DNA from: an uncultured Chlorobiaceae bacterium
GTDB lineage: Bacteria; Bacteroidota; Ignavibacteria; UBA10030; SZUA-254
DNA: 64,000 nucleotides
Direction of reading: 5' to 3'
NCBI GenBank assembly: GCA_964410105.1
Contig: CAYPFY010000003.1
Coordinates: forward strand, 16,754-80,753
Positions 50,257 through 58,357 of this stretch are shown here, one piece after another; position 1 is the first letter of the stretch; every line of letters starts with the position of its first letter. The notes beneath the pieces are model-generated. The model was not told the DNA's origin and made no database searches. It saw only the letters and a list, made by a program, of their open reading frames with translations. The translations under genes and the position numbers were made by a program.

Positions 50257-51633
50257 ATGAAGCATATCGAAGAAAAGATACTGGAGCGTTATGTCCTCAG
50301 GGCGGACGGGGGGACGGACCCCGCGATTGAGGCGCATCTGAAGGAATGCCCCGGTTGCGACGCGCTGAGGCAACAGATCAAGTCCTATTACGACGAATTC
50401 TCCGAAATCCGCCGCGAGCGGACTGTGGAAAACCCGGAGGCGATCACGCTCAGGAATATGCGCGTCGCGCCTTTTGAAACATTGCGCATGCCTGTCACGC
50501 TTCCGGCCCGCGTCGTTCTGTTCGCCATCCGCCATCCCGCTTACTCCGTCATGAGCCTTGCCGCGGCCATCGTTCTTGCGCTCGTGCTTCTCTACCCCGG
50601 CAAGGCGCCCAAGGATCTGAATCCTTCGTATGCGCGCCCGAAGGATGAATTCCTCGTCGTCTATAACAAGGACGGCGAAGAGCTCTGGCGTAAACATGTC
50701 GAGAAGGGGTGGGACATCGAACTTGCCAAATGGCCGCTGAACCGCCGATCGATTTTTACCGCCGACGCGGACGGCGATGGAAAGAACGAAGTTTTCTGCA
50801 TCTATGGCGGCATCTACGATAATCCGACTCTGAATGCCGTGTTCTGCTACAACCCGGACGGCTCAGAGCGGTGGAAGTATCAGTATCATCGGAATATCAG
50901 TTTTGGGTCGGAATCTTTCGTCGATAACTACTTCTTTAACTCGATGGTCGTCGGCGATTTTGACCGGGACGGTCACCTCGATATTATTGCCGAGCTGGAA
51001 CATGCCAAGCGCTATCCCAACGTGATCATCCGTCTGGACGCAAAAACGGGCGATTTTCTGGGAGAGTTCTGGCACCCGGGGAATGTCGAGTACATGGCCC
51101 ACAGGGATATCGACGGCGACGGCGTCGAGGAGATTTTCCTGACAAGTTCCAACGCGTTCGCCGGCGCCGCACCCCTCCTCGTGCTTGATCCGCGTGCGAT
51201 CAAGGGGGTGGCCCCCGTTCCGCCCGAATTCGCTCCCCCGGGAGTTCCGCAGGGTCTTGAAAAATACTATCTCCTCTTCCCTCGGAGCGGCCTGGAAAAA
51301 TCAAAAGATTTTCTCTCTACCGCGGGCGAGGTGATGTACTTCAAGTCCGACGGGACTCTTGAACTGATCGTATCCGATCACTTCAAAAACGGAACGTCTT
51401 TTGCGCTCAATTTTTACCTCGATTCGACGATGCGCTGCACGAAGGTGCTCGCCACCGAGCCGAATCTGCAATACGCGCGCAGGCTCCAGTCCGAGGAGCT
51501 GACGCTCCGGAAGATCACCGAGAGCATCCTGGACTCGCTCCGGACGTCGATTCAGTATTGGGATGGGGAAAAATTTGTGAACGAGCCGACGATGAATAAG
51601 TACTATAAGTCGGCCCTTAAACCCCTGCCATGA
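50257..51633 (+). CDS. anti-sigma-factor-like membrane protein: N-terminal zf-HC2 zinc finger, one transmembrane helix, and an extracytoplasmic FG-GAP-repeat domain
   Basis: The N-terminus ILERYVLRADGGTDPAIEAHLKECPGCDALRQQI has the H-x3-C-x2-C motif of zf-HC2 anti-sigma factors. The transmembrane helix is VVLFAIRHPAYSVMSLAAAIVLALVLLY. The ectodomain has FG-GAP-type Ca-binding repeats (DADGDGKNE, GDFDRDGHLDII, DIDGDGVEEIF). Confidence 0.65.
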   Translation: MKHIEEKILERYVLRADGGTDPAIEAHLKECPGCDALRQQIKSYYDEFSEIRRERTVENPEAITLRNMRVAPFETLRMPVTLPARVVLFAIRHPAYSVMSLAAAIVLALVLLYPGKAPKDLNPSYARPKDEFLVVYNKDGEELWRKHVEKGWDIELAKWPLNRRSIFTADADGDGKNEVFCIYGGIYDNPTLNAVFCYNPDGSERWKYQYHRNISFGSESFVDNYFFNSMVVGDFDRDGHLDIIAELEHAKRYPNVIIRLDAKTGDFLGEFWHPGNVEYMAHRDIDGDGVEEIFLTSSNAFAGAAPLLVLDPRAIKGVAPVPPEFAPPGVPQGLEKYYLLFPRSGLEKSKDFLSTAGEVMYFKSDGTLELIVSDHFKNGTSFALNFYLDSTMRCTKVLATEPNLQYARRLQSEELTLRKITESILDSLRTSIQYWDGEKFVNEPTMNKYYKSALKPLP

Positions 51634-53084
51634 AGACGGCCGTGGCTGTCTTTCTTGTCCTGGCGTGGATCACCCCTTCCGAGGCCCTCCATGTGAAAAA
51701 AGTCTCGCCCGGCCAGAACGCGCTCAATGTCCAAAAAAATTCCCGGATCGCTGTGACGTTTGATGATCCAATCACTCCCGCGGCTGCCGCCGGACAGACA
51801 ATACGCGTGGTCGGGAGTCTCAGCGGGTTTCACCTCAACAACTGGGTCGCTTATGACGCAGCCACCCGAACCCTTACGATCAGCGCGCGGTCGCCTTTTG
51901 CGGTCGGCGAGGTGGTGACCGTTATTCTGACGACGGGTCTGACAGATTCATCCGGCACTCCCATGCTGCGGCCTTTTGTGTGGAGCTTTACGATTCGAGC
52001 TGAACGGGGGACGGGCACCTTTGCCGAGACGCAACGCGTCCCGGTCGGCTCCGAGATAAATTCGGTTGCCGCATGCGATCTGGACTCCGACGGCGCCCTC
52101 GACCTTGTCAGCTCCAACGGCCGGGGTAGCAGCATCTCCACTCTCAGGAACGACGGACACGGCTCGTTCACCCTCCATCAGACTGTCGAGACCGGCATGA
52201 ATACGCTCGACGCTTTCCCCATCGATATCGACGCCGATGGATTTGCGGACGTCGCGGCAGTTCACTGGAATGCCAGCGATCTCTATATACTTCACAACGA
52301 CGGCCACGGTAACCTGACGACCCGGTCACGGATCGAACCCGGCTACATACCGTACGATGTCGCCATCGCGGATTTCAACGGCGACGGAAACCTCGATATA
52401 GCTCTCCCCAATCAATGGGGGAACGACGTTGCGGTGCTCACGAATGACGGCACCGGGTCTTTCACGAAATCCCAGGCGCTCCCCTCCGGGGTGATGCCCA
52501 GCGCCATCTGCGTAGGGGATTTCGATAACGACGGGGATATCGACTTTGCAGTCGTCAATTTCAGTCTCAACAATGTGACGATTTTCACCAACGATGGAAA
52601 AGGGATTTTTAGCGAAGCGTCCTCGGTTGATGTGGGGAGCAACCCGCTATCGATTGCGGCCGGCGATTTCGACGGGGACGGTTTTCTGGACCTCGCCGTT
52701 GTGAATCACAATATGGTGAGCGTCTCGATCTTGAAAAACGACGGCACGGGACACTTCCGCCATTCACAGACTTTTTTTACCAAGGGGAGGCCATTCTGGG
52801 TCGTCTGCGGGGACTTTGACGCCGACGGCGACCTCGACCTCGCCGTGTCGATATTTTCCCCCGGCGGTGTTACAATTCTCCGGAATGACGGTCACGGGAA
52901 TTTCATCTCTGGAGGCACTATACCGACAAGCCCCATGAATCTGCGCCTCGCCTGCGGCGACTGGAACGGTGACGGGGCTCTCGACATCGCAGTCGCCAAT
53001 AGAAACCCAAACGGCGTCCTCGTTCTCACAAACCAAAAATCGAAACCCCGCCAGGAATCCCTAAAACAGTCCGGTTTCCGCTGA
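51630..53084 (+). CDS. secreted protein: SbsA-type Ig-like (Big_5) domain followed by a 7-bladed FG-GAP beta-propeller
   Basis: Signal peptide MKTAVAVFLVLAWITPSEA. The Ig-like domain begins VSPGQNALNVQKNSRIAVTFDDPITPAA. Seven repeats follow, of the pattern D-x-D-x-D-G-x-x-D (CDLDSDGALDLV, IDIDADGFADVA, ADFNGDGNLDIA, GDFDNDGDIDFA, GDFDGDGFLDLA, GDFDADGDLDLA, GDWNGDGALDIA). The start overlaps the stop of the upstream gene (ATGA). Confidence 0.75.
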   Translation: MKTAVAVFLVLAWITPSEALHVKKVSPGQNALNVQKNSRIAVTFDDPITPAAAAGQTIRVVGSLSGFHLNNWVAYDAATRTLTISARSPFAVGEVVTVILTTGLTDSSGTPMLRPFVWSFTIRAERGTGTFAETQRVPVGSEINSVAACDLDSDGALDLVSSNGRGSSISTLRNDGHGSFTLHQTVETGMNTLDAFPIDIDADGFADVAAVHWNASDLYILHNDGHGNLTTRSRIEPGYIPYDVAIADFNGDGNLDIALPNQWGNDVAVLTNDGTGSFTKSQALPSGVMPSAICVGDFDNDGDIDFAVVNFSLNNVTIFTNDGKGIFSEASSVDVGSNPLSIAAGDFDGDGFLDLAVVNHNMVSVSILKNDGTGHFRHSQTFFTKGRPFWVVCGDFDADGDLDLAVSIFSPGGVTILRNDGHGNFISGGTIPTSPMNLRLACGDWNGDGALDIAVANRNPNGVLVLTNQKSKPRQESLKQSGFR

Positions 53085-53373
53085 TTCACCGGCGGTAGAC
53101 TTAAGGAACACCCCCCTGCAAAGAATTTTTTTTTGAAAATTCTCTGCAACCCTCCCCAACTGCCTGTATAAGGTACTAGAAGCGGTTACAGATTGACCGA
53201 TCACTCCTCTCGGAATATGGATCAGGGAGTAGAGGAGATGGGGAGAGGCAGATTAAATGCTGCCCTCCTCTCTATCCCCAAAGGGCTTGCGATCTCACCG
53301 CGCTAGGGGCCCGAATCGCATCAGGATTTTACAGGTGCGAATCACCGTACGTTTCTTCATAGGAGGGTTTTCC

Positions 53374-56300
53374 ATGTACAGTTGCGTCCGTATGTTCCTG
53401 CTCGCTTCCATTCTGCCCACCCTTGCTCTGTCACAAAATCCGACGACCAGCTGGCAACCGGTATTTCCCTATCCGACCGGGGGCGATCTGTATGCCATCA
53501 CGAGCGTCGGGGGTGTCCTGACGGCCGTCGGTACCGGGGGAACCATGGTAACCTCTTCCGACGGAGGGCAGACATGGCGGCTTCACCCGTATGTGGGCGG
53601 AACCACTGAAACATTCAAAGCCCTCGCCTACAAGTACCTTTCGAAAACGGTGCCGCCCCTGCAGAATTTCCCCACTGCGATTGCAGTCGGTACCAATGGA
53701 ACGATCGTGCGGACGACAAACGGCGGCACCTCGTGGTCGAAAGCCACCAGCGGCTCAACCCGTAATCTCTATGGAATCTCATTCAACGGAATTGATAATC
53801 CGGTGAACGGTACCGGCGGTGCAGTCGCGGTCGGGGATTCGGGGACGATTCTCTACAGCTCGAATTCGGGCAGCAGCTGGAATTCCATCTCGTCTCCGAC
53901 TTCTTCGAGGATCGTAGGGGTTTCGTTCAGCCCCGTCATAGCCGGACTAGGAATTGCCTCCGCTGCTAACGGAGACCTTCTTCGGACGAAGAACGGCGGG
54001 ACCAGCTGGACGCCCCTGGGAAATTTCCCTATTTCGCCGCGGCAGGTTAGATTCATTGACACTGCCAAAGTCATAGTTCTTGACAACGTCTCATTCTTCA
54101 TTAGCTCGGATAGCGGTTCGAACTGGTCACAGAATTTTATCTCCAACAGCGATTCCCTTGTGAAGAATTTTCAATGTTTCGCGGCCTGGAATAAAGACAC
54201 TATTCTTGTGGGATCCGAATACCGTCTCTGGCGAACGACCGAGAATTTCGGGTCGGGCTGGCACCTCTGGCCTCCCCGCGGACAGACTGAGCGTGACATA
54301 CTCTATTACGGGCTCGTTTTCGTAAACAATACTACGGCGATAGCGGTGGGGTATGGAGGAGTCATCGCGAGGACCACAAATGCCGGCGACGACTGGACAA
54401 CGGTGGCATACGGGGCGTCGGGCTCGTATAAATCGGTCTCGTTCAGTGACGAAAAGCACGGATGGGTGGTCGGCGAGAATTCCGCAATCGTCCGGACCAC
54501 AAACGGCGGCCAGAGCTGGGCCGCGCTCTCCGGCTATCCCTGGAGCAACGTCCACGAGGACCAATTTCACGGATACCGCGGCGTTCATTTCATCAATAAC
54601 GATACCGGGTGGGTCGTCGGCGATTTGGGAAAGATTCTGCGAACATACGACGGCGGCGTTTCATGGGCGGACAGGAACACCGGGTCGTCTTCCAATAACG
54701 CCGTGCATTTCTTCAATGCCGAGACGGGTATCGTTGTGGGCACGGGCGGTTTCTACGGACAGGTAAATTACCCCAACGATGTCCCCGGAATATACCGTAC
54801 AACCAACGGAGGCGACACGTGGGCAATCCAGGAGAGTCTCTTTACGCCGGGCACCCGTGGCCATCTCTATAACATGTGCTTCGTCGACGCCAATCATGGC
54901 TGGGCCGTAGGAGATACAGGCTCCTATCCTTCGTTTGTGCCTGGCATCGCCCAGACCACCGACGGCGGCTTGTCGTGGACGGATAGCCTCCTACCGTTCG
55001 CGGGTTCGTTTAAGGGGATCTTCTTCAGGGATATTTCCCACGGCTGGGCCGTGGGGATGAAAGGGATATATCCCTCCGCGCAACCGCTGATCCTCCAGAC
55101 GACAAACGGCGGCACGAGCTGGTCCGAGGAAACAGGACACCCATACTTTTCCTCAGCTCTGAATGCCTCGTTCGAAAATGTCTTCTTTATCAGTTCGGCA
55201 GTCGGTTTTGTGGTCGGTTCGTCCCGTATCGACCCGGCCATCAATCCTTACGTGCCCGTCCCCGCGTTCGGTGCGCTGGCGTTCACGACGAACGGCGGAT
55301 TGTCCTGGAGCAGGGATACATCGTCCGCAGCCTATCTCAAGGACATAAGTTTCGCTCAGATCCCGGGATTTGGCTTTGTGGGATTCTCGGTGGTAGCCGG
55401 CATTTATTGCTCGGCCACGATTGTCGGTCCAGTGCAGACGGATACGTGGACGGGAGCCGTCGATAGCAATTGGAATAACGGGGCAAACTGGAGCCTCGGG
55501 ATCGCTCCCCTCAAATTTCATCATGTTCTGATTAGCCCTAACTCCATTCATCCCGACCCGGTCATATTTCACCGGCAGGATATTGTTGCCATAGCAAGCC
55601 TGTATCTCGCCGACACATTAACAGTGAGGGATTCTGTAAGGCAGTTTGTTGTGAAAGGGCCGGTGACGCGTCAGGCTGGCGGATATATCAACGCGAAGGG
55701 AACACACGGTAACTATCTGTTCGGAGGAGGGTTCATTGTCATCCCGGGCTTTCTCTCGAACGCATCCGGATCCTCGTCCGTCAGCGCCGTCGCCGGATCC
55801 TTCATCGATCTTGGGAACTCGAGCGCCTCATTCAGGGGAACGGGGGACGTTTTCGGAAACTACTATGACCTGATATTCGATTCCTCGTCGGTCATGAGAT
55901 CGGCCGGCGGAATATCCGTGGAGAACACTCTCACCGTTCTCAAGAGGCTTGATGTCAACGACAACGATACTGTCGAGGTTACAAATGCCGATCCGCAGTC
56001 GATCCAGGGGGACGGAAAAGTTGAGGGGGGCACAATAAGCCGGAAAATTCAGGTCGACGCATCAGACCAATACCGCTTCGAGAGTTCCGGTTCATTTGTC
56101 CGGTTCGACGTCGGGTCGACGTACCCGGATCTGATGGACATGACCGTCAAGGCAGGATCAACGCCCCGGGCCTTCGAGTTGAACTGGGAACCCGTCCCCG
56201 TAAGCCAGCGAAGCGTCACAGACCACACGATCCGTGCATATCCCGTTCAACAGTCCACGAAGTACGTCATCGGGATCCCGGGCTCATCTCTGGCCCTCAG

Positions 56301-57633
56301 GAAGACGGGCAGTATACTCTACGATCCCAATTTCAAGCCGAAAGTGAAACGGATCTATTCGGTCAGGGCCCGGGGCGGCGGAGGGGGAGGGCTAGGGAAG
56401 ACCGGAGCGTCGCCTGAGAACCGGTTCCAGGCAGAACTTTCTCTCAGGTATGAACCCTCCGAAGTCGATTCGGCCGTCGTCGAGGATTCTCTTGTTCTCG
56501 CCCGCGGACCCGTCGCCGTGGATTCTGTCGTGGACGGCTGGAATATGGTCGCGCTCCCCGTGGTGCCGGAGAATACCACCAAGGACACCGTCTTCCCGGG
56601 GGCGATTTCCAGGGCGTACAACTACAACGGCTCGTACCAGATACAGACAACCCTTGCGCCTCAGACGGGCTACTGGCTGAAATATCCGTCAAGACGGGCG
56701 ATCGCGATTCTCGGGAACGACCAGGAGACTGCACCCGTCATCGTCAAAAAAGGATGGAATCTGATCGGTGCTCTCAGCTACGCTGTCAGCGCATCCACCG
56801 TCATCCCCTCCTCGCCCGGCCTGCTGGCGAGTCAGTTCTTCGGCTACAGCCGGGGATACAAACCCGCGGCCACACTGAGCGCGATGCGGGCTTACTGGAT
56901 AAAGGCGAACGCCGACGGGTCGATTTTCCTCGATGCCAATGCGGTCGCCTCGGCAAAAACAGTTTCTCCTCTCGCAGCATTGAACGACCTGAATGCGCTT
57001 ACAATTTCCGACAACTCGGGCACCGGGCATGAAATCTACTTTGGAGGAAACGTCGATCCGGCGCAGTTCGAGTTGCCGCCGCTGCCTCCTGAGGGGGTCT
57101 GCGATGTCCGGCTCTCGACCAACCGGATGGTCGAAGTTGCCGATCGGAAGAATGAGAAGGTAGTCCCCATAAAAATTACCTCGGCGCTTTATCCCGTGAC
57201 GATCCGATGGCAAATCAAGGATGAGAGCTACACCGGCGCTATCCGGGTGGGAGGAGTTTCCCGGCCGCTTCACGGCACGGGAAGCGTGACGGTCGATGAT
57301 CCGTCGTCCGCGATATTGCTCGTGCTTTCGCCGGTTCCGCGCCGCGAAATACCCGTCGAATTTGCCCTCCGGCAGAACTTTCCGAACCCGTTCAATCCGA
57401 GCACCACAATCCGCTACGAGCTTCCAGAGGGTGGCAGGGTGGCTTTGCGGATCTATAACATACTCGGGCAACTCGTCGCGACCCCCATCGACGAGGTGCA
57501 ACCTTCCGGGTTTAAATCCGTAGTATGGAATAGTGGAGGGTCGGCGAGCGGGGTTTATTTCTACCGGCTCGAGGTAACGACCAATAACAAGAATGTTTTT
57601 CTGAGCACGATGAAGATGGTCCTCCTAAGGTAA
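53374..57633 (+). CDS. giant (about 1,420 aa) secreted multi-propeller BNR/Ycf48-like repeat protein with a T9SS C-terminal sorting domain
   Basis: The Met is preceded by the RBS AGGAGGG. A signal peptide is present. At least 12 Asp-box repeats occur (SSDGGQTW, TTNGGTSW, SSNSGSSW, TKNGGTSW, TTNAGDDW, TTNGGQSW, TYDGGVSW, TTNGGDTW, TTDGGLSW ...). A middle region of about 650 aa has no recognised family. The C-terminus FPNPFNPSTTIRYELPEGGRVALRIYNILGQLV...VYFYRLEV matches the Por/T9SS C-terminal domain consensus. Confidence 0.8.
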   Translation: MYSCVRMFLLASILPTLALSQNPTTSWQPVFPYPTGGDLYAITSVGGVLTAVGTGGTMVTSSDGGQTWRLHPYVGGTTETFKALAYKYLSKTVPPLQNFPTAIAVGTNGTIVRTTNGGTSWSKATSGSTRNLYGISFNGIDNPVNGTGGAVAVGDSGTILYSSNSGSSWNSISSPTSSRIVGVSFSPVIAGLGIASAANGDLLRTKNGGTSWTPLGNFPISPRQVRFIDTAKVIVLDNVSFFISSDSGSNWSQNFISNSDSLVKNFQCFAAWNKDTILVGSEYRLWRTTENFGSGWHLWPPRGQTERDILYYGLVFVNNTTAIAVGYGGVIARTTNAGDDWTTVAYGASGSYKSVSFSDEKHGWVVGENSAIVRTTNGGQSWAALSGYPWSNVHEDQFHGYRGVHFINNDTGWVVGDLGKILRTYDGGVSWADRNTGSSSNNAVHFFNAETGIVVGTGGFYGQVNYPNDVPGIYRTTNGGDTWAIQESLFTPGTRGHLYNMCFVDANHGWAVGDTGSYPSFVPGIAQTTDGGLSWTDSLLPFAGSFKGIFFRDISHGWAVGMKGIYPSAQPLILQTTNGGTSWSEETGHPYFSSALNASFENVFFISSAVGFVVGSSRIDPAINPYVPVPAFGALAFTTNGGLSWSRDTSSAAYLKDISFAQIPGFGFVGFSVVAGIYCSATIVGPVQTDTWTGAVDSNWNNGANWSLGIAPLKFHHVLISPNSIHPDPVIFHRQDIVAIASLYLADTLTVRDSVRQFVVKGPVTRQAGGYINAKGTHGNYLFGGGFIVIPGFLSNASGSSSVSAVAGSFIDLGNSSASFRGTGDVFGNYYDLIFDSSSVMRSAGGISVENTLTVLKRLDVNDNDTVEVTNADPQSIQGDGKVEGGTISRKIQVDASDQYRFESSGSFVRFDVGSTYPDLMDMTVKAGSTPRAFELNWEPVPVSQRSVTDHTIRAYPVQQSTKYVIGIPGSSLALRKTGSILYDPNFKPKVKRIYSVRARGGGGGGLGKTGASPENRFQAELSLRYEPSEVDSAVVEDSLVLARGPVAVDSVVDGWNMVALPVVPENTTKDTVFPGAISRAYNYNGSYQIQTTLAPQTGYWLKYPSRRAIAILGNDQETAPVIVKKGWNLIGALSYAVSASTVIPSSPGLLASQFFGYSRGYKPAATLSAMRAYWIKANADGSIFLDANAVASAKTVSPLAALNDLNALTISDNSGTGHEIYFGGNVDPAQFELPPLPPEGVCDVRLSTNRMVEVADRKNEKVVPIKITSALYPVTIRWQIKDESYTGAIRVGGVSRPLHGTGSVTVDDPSSAILLVLSPVPRREIPVEFALRQNFPNPFNPSTTIRYELPEGGRVALRIYNILGQLVATPIDEVQPSGFKSVVWNSGGSASGVYFYRLEVTTNNKNVFLSTMKMVLLR

Positions 57634-57683
57634 GAACAGCCTCCTCCTATGCCTTGTGGATTAGGGAAGAGGTGAGGCGAAGT

Positions 57684-57719
57684 GAGAAACCCCGGTGCAG
57701 CCGCATGCGCCGGGGTCTC
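57684..57719. terminator. GC-rich hairpin between convergent genes (possible bidirectional terminator)
   Basis: GAGAAACCCCGGTGC ... GCGCCGGGGTCTC is an imperfect inverted repeat. It lies between the 3' ends of the giant protein gene (+) and the glycosylase gene (-). It has no clean U-tract. Confidence 0.3.
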
Positions 57720-57751
57720 ACGCGTTTAGGGGGGATCTCCCGGGAAGAAGT

Positions 57752-58339
57752 CTACGGCCTTGAAACGAACCGGCTTCCCTTGACGTGGAATCGCCACGGC
57801 TTTTCTGCACCTTTGCGTATCCCGATCCGGCGTGTGCGCCCGATTCGCGAGCTCGCGATTTTCGCCCCTCTTCCGATGTAAATCTCGCTCCCGGTCAAGT
57901 CGATTCCGTTCTCCTTGCGCCCGATCGCAAGGGCCTGACACAACCTGGCGGGGCCGCTCGTTAACTTGGTGTCATCCTCGACACCTCCCCTGTTCTTCAC
58001 CATGGTTGACATTCCCCTCAAAGGCTCGAGCGCCCGCAGGAGGATTGCTCGTCCCTTCCCCCGCCTTTCCGTCACGACATTCGAACAAAAATGCATCCCG
58101 TATGTAAAATAGACATAGAGGTGGCCTCCCTCCAGGAACATGACCTCGTTCCGCTTCGTTTTTCCCCGGTAAGCGTGACTCGCTGGGTCTATTTCCCCCA
58201 GGTAGGCTTCTACCTCGACAATTCTTCCCGCCAGAGTTTTCTTCCCGAGCTTGCGTACGAGAAGTTTTCCGAGTAAATCTTTTGCGACAGTGAGTGTAGG
58301 GCGGAGATAAAAGGAGCGGGGGAGCTTTTCGTGATGCAT
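57752..58339 (-). CDS. DNA-3-methyladenine glycosylase (MPG/AAG family)
   Basis: 195 aa. The protein contains LPRSFYLRPTLTVAKDLLGKLLV and GEIDPASHAYRGKTKRNEVMFLEGGHLYVYFTYGMHFC, which are the MPG-family signatures. Confidence 0.85.
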   Translation of the reverse strand: MHHEKLPRSFYLRPTLTVAKDLLGKLLVRKLGKKTLAGRIVEVEAYLGEIDPASHAYRGKTKRNEVMFLEGGHLYVYFTYGMHFCSNVVTERRGKGRAILLRALEPLRGMSTMVKNRGGVEDDTKLTSGPARLCQALAIGRKENGIDLTGSEIYIGRGAKIASSRIGRTRRIGIRKGAEKPWRFHVKGSRFVSRP

Positions 58340-58357
58340 CCGCGGAAATGGAGGGTG

